A stretch of DNA of 64,000 nt, from contig NW_027362767.1 of assembly GCF_046119375.1 (NCBI RefSeq), forward strand, positions 265,794,001 to 265,858,000, read 5' to 3'. Below, one piece after another: positions 47,601 through 60,530 of this stretch. Under the pieces are notes generated by a model. It saw only the letters and a list, made by a program, of their open reading frames with translations. It was not told the DNA's origin and did no database searches. This stretch comes from Phyllobates terribilis. Its lineage: Eukaryota. Within the stretch, counting starts at the first letter, position 1; each line of letters starts with the position of its first letter. A program made the position numbers and the translations under genes.

Positions 47601-50600
47601 CTTGTACATAGGGGGCAGTATTATAGTAGTTATATTCTTGTACATAGGAGCAGCATTATAGTAGTTATATTCTTGTACATAGGGGCAGTATTATAGTAGT
47701 TATATTCTTGTACATAAGGGGCAACATTATAGTAGTTATATTCTTGTACATAGGGGGCAGTATTATAGTAATTATATTCTTGTACATAGGGGCAGTATTA
47801 TAGTAGTTATATTCTTGTACATAGGAGGCAGTATTATAGTAGTTATACTCTTGTACATAGGGGGCAGTATTATAGTAGTTATATTCTTGTACATAGGGGG
47901 CAGTATTATAGTAATTATATTCTTGTACATAGGGGGCAGCATTATAGTAGAGATATTCTTGTACATAGGTGGCAGTACTATATTAGTTACTTTATTGTAC
48001 ATAGGGGCAGTATTATAGTAGTTATATTCTTCTTGTACATAGGGGCAGTATTATAGTAGTTATATTCTTGTACATAGGGGCAGTATTATAGCAGTTATAT
48101 TCTTGTACATAGGGGGCAGGCAGTATTATAGTAGTTATATTCTTGTACATAGGGGGCAGTATTATAGTAGTTATATTATTGTACATAGGGGCAGTATTAT
48201 AGTAGATATATTCTTGTACATAGGGGGCAGTATTATAGTAGTTATATTCTTGTACATAGGGGCAGTATTATAGTAGTTATATTCTTGTACATAGGGGGCA
48301 ACATTATAGTAGTTATATTCTTGTACATAGGGGACAGTATTATAGTAATTATATTCTTGTACATAGGGGCAGTATTATAGTAGTTATATTCTTGTACATA
48401 GGGGGCAGTATTATAGTAGTTATATTCTTGTACATAGGGGCAGTTTTATAGTAGTTATATTCTTGTACATAGGGGGCAGTATTATAGTAGTTATATTCTT
48501 GTACATAGGGGACAGTATTATAGTAGTTATATTATTGTACATAGGGGCAGTATTATAGTAGTTATATTCTTGTACATAGGGGCAGTATTATAGTAGTTAT
48601 ATTCTTGTACATAGGGGCAGTATTATAGTAGTTATACTCTTGTACAAAGGGGCAGTATTATAGTAGTTATATTCTTGTACATAGGGGGCAGTATTATAGT
48701 AGTTATATTCTTGTACAAAGGGGCAGTATTATAGTAGTTATATTCTTGTACATAGGGGGCAACATTATAGTAGTTATATTCTTGTACATAGGGGACAGTA
48801 TTATAGTAATTATATTCTTGTACATAGGGGCAGTATTATAGTAGTTATATTCTTGTACATAGGGGGCAGTATTATAGTAGTTATATTCTTGTACATAGGG
48901 GCAGTTTTATAGTAGTTATATTCTTGTACATAGGGGGCAGTATTATAGTAGTTATATTCTTGTACATAGGGGACAGTATTATAGTAGTTATATTATTGTA
49001 CATAGGGGCAGTATTATAGTAGTTATATTCTTGTACATAGGGGCAGTATTATAGTAGTTATATTCTTGTACATAGGGGCAGTATTATAGTAGTTATATTC
49101 TTGTACAAAGGGGCAGTATTATAGTAGTTATATTCTTGTACATAGGGGGCAGTATTATAGTAGTTATATTCTTGTACATAGGGGGCAGTATTATAGTAGT
49201 TATATTCTTGTACATAGGGGGCAGTATTATAGTAATTATATTCTTGTACATAGGGGGCAGTATTATAGTAGTTATATTCTTGTACATAGGGGGCAGTATT
49301 ATAGTAGTTATATTCTTGTACATAGGGGGCAGTATTATAGTAATTATATTCTTGTACATAGGGGCAGTATTATAGTAGTAATATTCTTGTACATAGGGAG
49401 CAGTATTATAGTAGTTATATTGTACATAGGAGGCAGTATTATAGTAGTAATATTCTTGTACATAGGGGCAGTATTATAGTAGTTATATTCTTGTACATAG
49501 GAGCAGTATTATAGTAGTTATATTGCACATAGGAGGCAGTATTATAGTAGTAATATTCTTGTACATAGGGGCAGTATTATAGTAGTAATATTCTTGTACA
49601 TAGGGGCAGTATTATAGTAGTTATATTGTACATAGGAGGCAGTATTATAGTAGTTATATTCTTGTACATAGGAGGCAGTATTATAGTAGTTATATTCTTG
49701 TACATAGGAGCAGTATTATGGTAGTTATATTCTTGTACATAGGTGCAGTATTATAGTAGTTATATTCTTGTACATAGGAGGCAGTATTATAGTAGTTATA
49801 GTCTTGTACATAAGGGCAATATTATAGTAGTTATATTCTTGTACATAGGTGCAGTATTATAGTAGTTATATTCTTGTACATAGGGGCAGTATTATAGTAG
49901 TTATAGTCTTGTACATAGGGTGCAGTATTATAGTAGGTATATTCTTGTACATATTGGCAGTATTATAGTAGTTATATTCTTGAACATATGAGCAGTATTA
50001 TAGTAGTAATATTCTTGTACATAGGGGGCAGTATTATAGTAGTTATATTTTTGTACACAGGTGCAGTATTATAGTAGTAATATTCTTGTATATTGGGGCA
50101 GTATTATAGTAGTTATATTCTTGTACATAGGGAACAGTATTATAGTAGTTATATAATACCTTGAAGACTGCAATGACGGAATTCCAGATCATATAGTAGT
50201 TATATTGTACATAGGAGGCAGTATTATAGTAGTAATATTCTTGTACATAGGGGCAGTATTATAGTAGCAATATTCTTGTACATAGGGGCAGTATTATAGT
50301 AGTTATATTGTACATAGGAGGCAGTATTATAGTAGTTATATTCTTGTACATAGGGGGCAGTATTATAGTAGTTATATTCTTGTACATAGGAGCAGTATTA
50401 TGGTAGTAATATTCTTGTACATAGGGGGCAGTATTATAGTAGTAATATTCTTGTATATTGGGGCAGTATTATAGTAGTTATATAATACCTTGAAGACTGC
50501 AATGACGGAATTCCAGATCATCCACAGCAAAATCTCCCTGGCTGAGAGCGTCCCGGGAGGCAGTCACAATGATCTACAGGACAGACATGTTACCATACAT

Positions 50601-53600
50601 CACTCGTTAGCTGGGGGTCTGTCAGGGACAGTGTGGGTATAAGTTGTACCTGGAATTCTCCTGTGATCCTGCCAGTGTACACGACCACTCGCCTCCATGA
50701 CATGGCACTGCTCTGGGAGCTCTCCCACATTGTGTACGTCTGGGTCTGATCCGCCAGATGCACTGAGAGACTTCCGTTCACCAGCAGAGAATCTGCACAA
50801 GACAATATCCTTTAATACAAAGTCGCTGATGGTTAAGGATCATTTTTGGGTATAACCCTACCTGCAGAATACATGTGGTAGTGGAGGTGGACCTCACACG
50901 TGGCGGCGGCATCTCTCATGAGAGGAGACTGCAGTCGTGCAGATACCGCAGATTTACCACTCTGACCCTCTGCCATCATGAACCAACCTGTGAGAAGAAT
51001 AGTCGCCCAGCCTTGTTAGTGTCCAGTGGGTGACTGCCTCGTCATGCAGTATGGAGAGACTTACCCCATCGGTTCCCCAGGGTGTGATCGCTGTGGGGTC
51101 GTGACCGCCATATAGGAGAAATCCGCTGGTCTCTCACCCATCCATAGTCAGAGGTGCTTATGTCTTTCCAACCACAATCATCATGTTCAAAGTCACAGCT
51201 GAACGGTCTGCCCCAAACCGGAGAATCCCTGTGATAACCTGGGGAGAGAAGACACCATCCGACATCACACCGAGGAACAGTCACCCCTCCCATCCCACAA
51301 AAAAAAAGCACAGAGGGTCCAGGAACATGCAGGGTACAGTCGATGTCCTGCAACAAAGGTGTCATGAAAGGGGTCCCTCCAGCAAGACTCCAAGACGGGA
51401 GACAAGCTGCAGCGAGAGGATACATGGTGCACGCTTCTCTTTACTGACAGTAAGCAGCGGGATTGAAACTAGTCAATAAATAGGGGCCCAGTACGTGCAG
51501 AGCTTTGTGTGTCTATATATACAGTATATCTGTGACTGTTCCCAGTAACCAGAGCACTCTCCTCCGATGTCTCACCGCAGTCCTGTTCATCCGCGCAGTC
51601 CCAGCAGTCACATATAAAGTTACAGCGGCTCTGTGTGCGGCCGTCACAGGAGGATGATGACGAGGAAGGAACCGCTGGGGAGAAAAAGGATGCCGGTCAG
51701 TCAAGGCTGGAAGCTACAAATGTTCACAATTAGGGATGAGTGGACCCATAGAAGTTCGGGTTCTGGTATCCGACCTGAACTTTAGTCAAAAAGTTTGGTT
51801 CGTGTAACAAAACTTTACCCAAACTTGAACCTGATTGAAATGTATGGGGATCCAAACTTTGGAGCTGGAAAACCTCTCTACCGGAACTCCAAACATTAAA
51901 ACAGACTTCCGGGAGAAGTCCATGTTCGGCATTCAGCACAGGACACTAACTGTCCGGTACGAACCTTGAACATTAAAGTTCGGGTTCACTTATCTCTATT
52001 CACAATGTCTTGTGCTGAAGTATTAAATATCACAGGGACTATGAGGCCGAGCCCTGATAACAGCCCATAGCATTATCCTTCTCCACCGGAGACAATGCAG
52101 TCAGGGGGAACGTTCTCCTGGAATCACCAAACCCAGACTCCTCCATCAGACGCAGATAGAGAAGTGTGATCCATCACGGCACAGAACACTTCTCCTCCAG
52201 AGTCCAATGGTGGCGGCTTTACACCACTCCATCCGACGCTCAGTATTGTGCTTGGTCATGTACGGCTGCATGCAGCTGCTCGACCTTGAAGCTCCAGCCG
52301 GGGGCGCAGTGTTTGTGCTGATGTTATACCAGAGGAGGTCTGGACTCTGCAGTTATGGGGTCAGCAGCACGGTGGTGACTTTTCTGCCCTCTGCTCCTCA
52401 GCACTCGGCCCTCTTCTCTAGGGGGTACTGAGGCCGGATGTTATACACCTGGGGCAATGGGACTGAAAGGGAATCCTGAATTCAATGATGAAGGTGCTGG
52501 GCCACTACCTTCCTCCTTGTTGTGCAGATTTCAGTAGTATTTTGTGGCTTCCATGTGCCCATGTGACACAGTGACCTATGGTGGCAATGCACAGAGGTCA
52601 GTCACAGCCCGTTCTGCTCCGACTGACATTCTCGCTGATTAATCCCCACACACATATACAGTGGCATGTAAAAGTTTGTGCACCCCTGGTGAAAATTGCT
52701 GTTGTTGTGAACACTTAAGTAAGTTGAAGATAAAATGATCTCTAAAAGGCCTAAAGTTAAAGATGACACATTGTCTTTGTATTTTAGGCAAAAAAATATA
52801 TATTTTTTTATTTTTTACATTTTAAAAAATACAAAAAAGAAAAATCAGCCAATTCAAAAGTTTGGGCACCCTGAATGGTTAGTACCTAGTACCACCCCCT
52901 TTTAAAAGTATCACAGCTTGTAAACGCTTTTTGTAGGCAGCCAAGAGTCTTTCAATTCTTGTTTGAGGGATTTTCCTCCATTCTTCCTTTGAAAATTCTT
53001 CCAGTTCTGCGAGATTCCTGGGTCGTCTAACACAGAGGTCCCCAACCGCCGGTCCGCGGACCAGGACCGGGCCGTTGGGGTTTTTCAGCCGGTCCGCGGC
53101 ACCGCCACAGACAATCACTAAACATTGACAGTGTGCTCTGGTCTGCGGTGGCTCAGAGCACACTGTGTGGGGTGGATGCTGCCCGCTGTTCTAGACTCCC
53201 GCAGGGTAGACCTGTAGAGGACCTGTGATGACATCAAGGTACATAACTGTGATGTCACCACAGGTCCTGAAGCAGGATGAAGCAGGGGCGGAACTACCGC
53301 CCGTGCAGCCGGTTCATTGAACGGGGGCCCCGAGGGAGAGGGGGCCCCTCCAGCCTCCAGCAGGGCCGCCATCAGGGCATGACTGCCCTGACTCCAGTAT
53401 GGGGCCCGGCCGGTAGGAGCCCCCTCGGAGCCCCCCTCTTGTGCGCCTCTCTCCTCATGGGGCCCCCGGCCCCATGCAAAGCGCCGGGTCCAGGACATCT
53501 CATAATTCCTCAGACTTCCGGTCATGTGACGGCGCCGTCACATGACCGGAAGGCAGGAGAACCTGGTGTCAGCGATTTGGACGAGCGCCAGGATTCTGCA

Positions 53601-56600
53601 GGGATCGCATGGGGGTAAGTATAACAAGTTTTATTTTTTTTTTAAATACAATTAACTAGGAGTGGGGGGAATGGGAGATGCACACGGGGGGAGGGGAGAG
53701 ATGAGAGATGCACACGGGGGAAGGGGAGAGATGAGAGATCCACATGGGGGGAGGGGAGAGATGAGAGATCCACATGGGGGGGAGGGGAGAGATGAGAGAT
53801 CCACATGGGGGGGAGGGGAGAGATGAGAGATGCACATGGGGGGGAGGGGAGAGATGAGAGATGCACATGGGGGGGAGGGGAGAGATGAGAGATGCACATG
53901 GGGGGGAGGGGAGAGATGAGAGATGCACATGGGGGGGAGGGGAGAGATGAGAGATGCACATGGGGGGGAGGGGAGAGATGAGAGATGCACATGGGGGGGA
54001 GGGGAGAGATGAGAGATGCACATGGGGGGAGGGGAGAGATGAGAGATCCACATGGGGGGGAGGGGAGAGATGAGAGATCCACATGGGGGGGAGGGGAGAG
54101 ATGAGAGATCCACATGGGGGGGAGGGGAGAGATGAGAGATCCACATGGGGGGGAGGGGAGAGATGAGAGATGCACATGGGGGGGAGGGGAGAGATGAGAG
54201 ATCCACATGGGGGGGAGGGGAGAGATGAGAGATGCACATGGGGGGGAGGGGAGAGATGAGAGATGCACATGGGGGGGAGGGGAGAGATGAGAGATGCACA
54301 TGGGGGGGAGGGGAGAGATGAGAGATGCACATGGGGGGGAGGGGAGAGATGAGAGATGCACATGGGGGGGAGGGGAGAGATGAGAGATGCACATGGGGGG
54401 GAGGGGAGAGATGAGAGATGCACATGGGGGGGAGGGGAGAGATGAGAGATGCACATGGGGGGGAGGGGAGAGATGAGAGATGCACATGGGGGAAGGGGAG
54501 AGATGAGAGATCCACATGGGGGGAGGGGAGAGATGAGAGATCCACATGGGGGGGAGGGGAGAGATGAGAGATGCACATGGGGGGGAGGGGAGAGATGAGA
54601 GATGCACATGGGGGGGAGGGGAGAGATGAGAGATGCACATGGGGGGGAGGGGAGAGATGAGAGATCCACATGGGGGGGAGGGGAGAGATGAGAGATCCAC
54701 ATGGGGGGGAGGGGAGAGATGAGAGATGCACATGGGGGGGAGGGGAGAGATGAGAGATGCACATGGGGGGGAGGGGAGAGATGAGAGATGCACATGGGGG
54801 GGAGGGGAGAGATGAGAGATGCACATGGGGGGGAGGGGAGAGATGAGAGATGCACATGGGGGGGAGGGGAGAGATGAGAGATCCACATGGGGGGGAGGGG
54901 AGAGATGAGAGATCCACATGGGGGGGAGGGGAGAGATGAGAGATCCACATGGGGGGGAGGGGAGAGATGAGAGATGCACATGGGGGGGAGGGGAGAGATG
55001 AGAGATCCACATGGGGGGGAGGGGAGAGATGAGAGATGCACATGGGGGGGAGGGGAGAGATGAGAGATGCACATGGGGGGGAGGGGAGAGATGAGAGATG
55101 CACATGGGGGGGAGGGGAGAGATGAGAGATGCACATGGGGGGGAGGGGAGAGATGAGAGATGCACATGGGGGGGAGGGGAGAGATGAGAGATGCACATGG
55201 GGGGGAGGGGAGAGATGAGAGATGCACATGGGGGGGAGGGGAGAGATGAGAGATGCACATGGGGGGGAGGGGAGAGATGAGAGATGCACATGGGGGGAGG
55301 GGAGAGATGAGAGATGCACATGGGGGGGAGGGGAGAGATGAGAGATGCACATGGGGGGAGGGGAGAGATGCACATGGGGGGGAGGGGAGAGATGAGAGAT
55401 GCACATGGGGGGGAGGGGAGAGATGAGAGATGCACATGGGGGGAGGGGAGAGATGAGAGATGCACATGGGGGGAGGGGAGAGATGCACATGGGGGGGAGG
55501 GGAGAGATGAGAGATGCACATGGGGGGGAGGGGAGAGATGAGTGATGCACATGGGGGGAGGGGAGAGATGAGAGATGCACATGGGGGGAGGGGAGAGATG
55601 CACATGGGGGAGGGGAGAGATGAGAGATGCACATGGGGGGAGGGGAGAGATGAGAGATGCACATGGGGGGAGGGGAGAGATGAGAGATGCACATGGGGGG
55701 GAGGGGAGAGATGAGAGATGCACATGGGGGGGAGGGGAGATATGAGAGATGCACATGGGGGGGAGGGGAGAGATGAGAGATGCACATGGGGGGAGGGGAG
55801 AGATGAGAGATGCACGGGGGGGATGAGAGATGCACGGAGGGGATGAGAGATGCACGGGGGGTGGATGAGAGATGCACGGGGGGGTGAGAGATGCACGGAG
55901 GGGATGAGAGATGCACGGGGGGTGGATGAGAGATGCACGGGGGGGGGAGAGATGAGAGATGCACGGGGGGGATGAGAGATGCACGGGGGGTGGATGAGAG
56001 ATGCACGGGGGGATGAGAGATGCACGGAGGGGATGAGAGATGCACGGAGGGGATGAGAGATGCACGGGGGGTGGATGAGAGATGCACGGGGGGGTGAGAG
56101 ATGCACGGAGGGGATGAGAGATGCACGGGGGGTGGATGAGAGATGCACGGGGGGTGGATGAGAGATGCACGGAGGGGATGAGAGATGCACGGGGGGGATG
56201 AGAGATGCACGGGGGGTGGATGAGAGATGCACGGGGGGTGGATGAGAGATGCACGGGGGGTGGATGAGAGATGCACGGGGGGTGGATGAGAGATGCACGG
56301 GGGGTGGATGAGAGATGCACGGGGGGATGAGAGATGCACGGGGGGGATGAGAGATGCACGGGGGGGTGAGAGATGCACGGAGGGGATGAGAGATGCACGG
56401 GGGGTGGATGAGAGATGCACGGGGGGTGGATGAGAGATGCACGGGGGGTGGATGAGAGATGCACGGGGGGGGGTGAGAGATGCACGGAGGGGGATGAGAG
56501 ATGCACGGAGGGGGATGAGAGATGCACGGAGGGGGATGAGAGATGCACGGGGGGTGAGCTGCACATGGGGGGGTGAGAGATGCACATGGTGGGGGTTATG

Positions 56601-59287
56601 TTTACATAACTTTGTTGCCTTATGAAGGGCGGGGGGGGGCCCCCAAAAATTTCTTGCACAGGGGCCCACTACAGTCTGTGTCCGCCCCTGGGATGAAGTA
56701 AATGCAGCTGAACAGCAGCTGTCAGGACAGCTGCCCTGTCCTGCTGCAGGGCGTGATGGGGCCTCAGTGATGCGGCTCCTGGCACAGCACATTATGTGGG
56801 GCTCCTGGCATAGCTCCTGGCAGGGACCTGGTCTACACTATATGATAAGTATGCACTAAACTCCAAATCCCTCCATTACCCCGCCCCCATATGACCAAAG
56901 CCCCGCCCACCCCACCCCCTCCTTGCTGGGCCATGGAAAAATGATCTTGCTTCAAGCCGGTCCCTGGTGCAAAAAAGGTTGGGGACCACTGGTCTAGTAT
57001 GCTCTGCTATTTTGCGGTCTAGCCACAGATTTTCAATGTTCAGATCAGGGGACTGTGAGGGCCATTGTAAAACCTTCAGCTTGTGCCTTTTCAGGTCGTC
57101 TATTGTGGATTTTGACGTGTGTTTAGGATCATTATCCATTTGTAGAAGCCATCCTCTTTTCAACTTCAGCTTTTTACAGATGGTGTTATGTTTGCATCAA
57201 GAATTTGATGAAATTTCATTTAATTCATTCTTCCTTCTACCTGTGAAATGTTCCCCGTGACAGTGGCTGCAACACAACCCCAAACCATGATTGATCCACC
57301 CCCATGCTTAATGGTTGGCGAGATGTTTTTTTTCCTGAAATTCTGAGCCCTTTTTTCTCCACACATACCTTTGATCATTGTGACCAAAGAGTTCTATTCT
57401 AACCTCATCGGCCCACAGGAGTTGTTTCCAAAATGCACCAGACTTGGTAGATGTTCTTTTGCATACTTCTGAGGCAGCATTTTATGGTGAGGACGCAGGA
57501 CAGGTTTACTTCTGATGACTATTCCATAAATGCCATATTTGTGCAGGTGTCTCTGAACAGTAGAACAATGTACCACAACTCCAGAGTCTGCTAAATCTTT
57601 CTGAAAGTCAAGCGGGGGTTCTGATTTGCCTCTCTAGAAATCCTAGCAGCAGCTCTAACTGAAAATTTTCTTGGTCTTCCAGACCTTATCTTGACCTCCA
57701 TTGTTCCTGTTAACTGCCATTCCTTAACTACATTTCAAACTGAGGAAAGGGCAACTTGAAAATGCTTTGCCATCTTCTTATAGCCTTCTCCTGCTTTGTG
57801 GGCCTCCACCATTTTCAGAGTGCTAGGCAGCTGCTTAGAAGACCCCTTGGCTGCTGTTTTCTGGCACAAGGTTAGAGGAGGCTGGGTTTCTATAAAGCTG
57901 GTAAATTTTCATCACCTGGCCTTTCCTAACGATGATAATGAACAAGCCATAACACTAACAGGCTAATTAAAGTCTGAAGCCTTGGTCAAAGTTATCTGAG
58001 CACAAATCTCCAAGGGTGCCCAAACTTTTGCATCGGCCCATTTTCCTTTTTGTAATTTTTAAAATGTAAAAAATTATGATATATAGATATTTTTTCCCTA
58101 AATACAAAGGAAATGTGTCATCTTTAACTTTAGGCCTTTTAGAGATAATTTAATCTTCAACTTGCTTAACTGTTCACAATAACAGTAAGTTTGACCAGAG
58201 GTGTCCAAACTTTTACATGCCACTGTGTCACTACAGCAGCTCTACACTGCACTCCTCATCCAACCGGGTTGCACGTGATGACACATTTGCACAGCACAAC
58301 GCAAAGGCACCGCAACATGTTACACAACCGCAGCTTTAAAATCTCTCAGATCCAATCCTTAAAGAGGAAAGACTGACAGTGAAGGCAGGAAATTAACCTC
58401 CTCCAAGAGTCATCATCTAATTACGTAATCCATGGACTACAAAGCAGGTTACAGCTCTTAAGGAACTAAAAGTCCCAGCACAACCTCCTTAGAAGAAGTG
58501 CTCTCCATGTCCAGTGCAGCTGTAGATTTACATCCACTAGGACCAGCAAGTCCTCCACTGGGAACTACAAGACCCAGTACATCAAGGCAATAAGGCTTTT
58601 TGCTACAACAGAGCTGGCCAGACTGGGACTTGTAGTCCTACAGCAGAGTATGCATGACCAGAACGACCCATTTTTCTGTAGAACGTGCTTTATACTAGTT
58701 TGTCGGCCGATCAGTCGCTCGTTTACACGAATCAGGGATCGGGAACAAGTCTTCTTATAAACGCCTTATAGGGTTTTTTCTGGCCCCACTCTTTGGTATT
58801 GGAGGTTAGCGGTGTCATTGAGGTTATGACCCCATACACCTGCTACGACGTGGGCGCAATCAGAAGGCATAGTGGCCGCGTCCTATTCTAATGACGACAT
58901 CCATAGGTGTGTGAGCTCGTCGGCACTGCTGACCTCCAATGTGGCGGCAGATCAACCCCTCTACCAGAGAAGAAAAGGATCGGACATGCTGAAATCCGAC
59001 GATCTATTGTGTATGGGGGGGGGGGGGGTCTGTTATTTCTTCCCATTGACTGAGTACAACCTACAGACGCTGAGTCTATTAAGCCCTGCGTCCCAGACCC
59101 CCCACTGTCCATCTGCCATATAACCGCTATACATCATCCATCTTTACCATTCCCCCAATTCGTGATTTAATGGCAACATAATTAACCCTTCAATGCCAGG
59201 TAGCCCTGACCGGACCGGACCACCATGCCGGGACTTACCTAAGCTAAACAGAGCGAGCAAAAGCAGGGATATGCGTGCGCTCCACAT
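32685..59287 (-). CDS. MAMDC4: Apical endosomal glycoprotein / endotubin (MAM and LDLa domains, type I membrane protein), 1117 aa as assembled
   Basis: 27 phase-consistent exons: 59287-59239 (signal [16 protein letters not shown]), 51674-51576 (LDLa), 51238-51065, 50987-50862, 50792-50650, 50573-50489, 46608-46489 (LDLa [16 protein letters not shown]), 46004-45888, 44129-44050, 43661-43491, 43265-43181, 39427-39350, 38397-38269, 37896-37766, 36977-36875, 36757-36650, 36555-36421, 35674-35553, 35310-35091, 35014-34877, 34731-34598, 34304-34214, 34014-33865, 33781-33647, 33445-33318, 33240-33132, 32878-32685 ([23 protein letters not shown]). Total 3354 nt. MAM motifs CDFE..C.W, DHT and IAIDDI. 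Convergent with EDF1, as in human. Confidence 0.95.
37025..37640. repeat. (CA)n microsatellite grading into a 36-bp minisatellite
   Basis: CACACCTGCCTAGCTACACACATAGGCATACACAAT units at 37270-37470. Confidence 0.9.
40135..40500. repeat. 15-bp minisatellite (GGGCGGCTCATTCAC), about 24 copies, inside the LINE
   Basis: Direct inspection; 5-aa periodicity (NEPPV, GGSFT) in the ORF track. Confidence 0.95.
41865..42445. repeat. 36-bp minisatellite, about 16 copies, inside the LINE
   Basis: GGAGGATCAGTGGGAAGCCGATGTGGGAGAGATCCC; reads [12 protein letters not shown] in the LINE frame. Confidence 0.95.
44300..45855. repeat. 41-bp minisatellite with 162-bp higher-order repeat
   Basis: GCTGTGTATCTAATCCTATCCTGTGTGATACTGTCTGCTGA; a 39-bp variant recurs at 45001, 45163, 45325, 45487 and 45649. 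Confidence 0.95.
46635..50488. repeat. 35-36 bp minisatellite, more than 100 copies, filling nearly an entire MAMDC4 intron
   Basis: GCAGTATTATAGTAGTTATATTCTTGTACATAGGGG(G). Confidence 0.97.
51730..52000. mobile_element. Probable MITE with internal inverted repeats
   Basis: TAGGGATGAG...AAGTTCGGGTTC near the left end; CGAACC...AAGTTCGGGTTCACTTATCTCTA at the right end. TSD not established. Confidence 0.4.
53283..56690. mobile_element. Second hAT non-autonomous element nested in the first
   Basis: Perfect TIR CAGGGGCGGA...TCCGCCCCTG; perfect 8-bp TSD GGATGAAG at 53275-53282 and 56691-56698. Confidence 0.9.
53660..56595. repeat. G/A-rich minisatellite (31-bp units changing to 21-23-bp units), about 2.9 kb
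   Basis: GATGCACATGGGGGGGAGGGGAGAGATGAGA, period 31 (53891 to 53922). After about 55800 units are GAGATGCACGGGGGGTGGATGA-like. Confidence 0.97.
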
Positions 59288-59889
59288 GATAAAACCCCAG
59301 GAGGACTCCGGAGAGCGAAGGAATCTCTCAGAAATAGGGAAGTGGACTTTCACCCCCGGCTGAGCAGACGTGTGACACCCAGGATCTGCAGGAAGGGCAG
59401 AAAGCACCACAAAAGTAAAATGCTGACCAGATGCGTGTAGGTGACTGCAGTGTAAGAGCGCCACCTAGCAGCTAATAACCATGGAAAATAGCAGCTGTTT
59501 CCAAGTCACTGTGCAGGGGCCGGGCCTCATACACTCGCTGAATAAAGTTTACTCTTAGAAAGTTAGAGATCTTCATGCTGAGGCCACTGCACCGTGGCTT
59601 GCCTCATTTTCCAATAGTCGTTTCCATCACTCTGCTTGCGGTCAGTGAATGGGAAACTTTGTTGACAGTCACTAGAGGGTTAATTTGCTTGTGAAGGGAA
59701 AAAAAAAAACTGCACACCCAGCGGACCATGACCCACCTGTGAAAACGAGGACGCCGCCGCAGCACATCGCATCTGACCTTAGCACGAAACTCTGGTGATG
59801 GCGGCTGTTAAACCATAAAATATGGTTCCAAGAATTTACAATCCGGGTGCTGAGAGTGACAGGAGCAGCATCAGGAGGGGGAAAAAAGT

Positions 59890-60530
59890 CCTCCATCAGC
59901 ACAGAGCATTTCAGAGAAGGAGTGTGGGGATCTAGTGAAAAATAATAAAAGGATACAGAATGGAAGGAGCAGCATCTACAGCAGCACAGAGCATGTCAGG
60001 AAATGAATAAGGGGATCTAGGATGTGTTACACAGTTAAAGCGGTTTCTCTAGCAGCACAGAGTATGTCAGGAAGCATGTGCCAATCTAGTTGGTCATAGA
60101 CTGTTATACAGTGGGTGGGAAAGGTCCTGCCAGCAGCAGAGTATTGCAGGAGAAAACGGTGCTCATGTTACAGGAGGCCGTGACCCGTCGACCTATACAT
60201 CAGTGAGGGGCTACGTCTGCACGTGACAGGGGCGACATTGTGAAGTGAGTGGAGACTCATAGTAGAGAAGCACACAGTATTTCAGGAGAGAACTGAGCAG
60301 ATCCTATTGGCTTAGGTGCTACTAGTGTGTATGTAAAAGAGGCATGATGTGAGGAAGGGACCAGAGGCAGGTTACCAGGCAGCACAGAGTATTTAAGGAC
60401 TGGAGTGTGTTGGCTGAACAAACCATTTCATGAGGACTGGGCTTCATCATGACTTGAGGAGACCATGGGCAGCCAATGCTAACAGGTAACTCCCAGCGGC
60501 ACAGAGTATTTGTAGGATACAGGTTTGATG
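59890..60530. repeat. Old degenerate ~80-120-bp tandem repeat upstream of the MAMDC4 ATG exon
   Basis: About 7 recurrences of GCAGCACAGAG(T/C)AT(T/G)TCAGGA. Confidence 0.55.

Larger units (their letters stand above)
53033..56991. mobile_element. hAT (Charlie-type termini) non-autonomous element nested in the Tc1 transposase
   Basis: CAGAGGTCCCCAACC...GGTTGGGGACCACTG. 8-bp TSD GTCTAACA (53025-53032) and GTCTAGTA (56992-56999), 6/8 identical. Confidence 0.85.
52659..58225 (-). mobile_element. Tc1/mariner element with ~200-bp TIRs and decayed transposase, split by nested insertions
   Basis: TA-CAGTGGCATGTAAAAGTTTG at 52657 and CAAACTTTTACATGCCACTG ending at 58225. Transposase pieces [11 protein letters not shown] (57.5 kb), [13 protein letters not shown]...[14 protein letters not shown] (57.1 kb) and [12 protein letters not shown]...GGGTRY* (52.9-53.0 kb). 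Confidence 0.93.

Noticed and set aside
46552-49375. [12 protein letters not shown]-type ORFs
   Set aside because: Translations of the 36-bp intronic minisatellite.
53642-56792. Three ORFs of 928-1046 aa on the minus strand
   Set aside because: All three frames are open only because the 31-bp unit lacks stop codons on the C-rich strand; the sequence lies inside nested transposons. Not genes.
58430-58640. Cluster of ACTACA-like motifs as a hidden promoter in MAMDC4 intron 1
   Set aside because: Degenerate matches, no CpG island or associated exon, and similar strings occur in common repeats; insufficient support.
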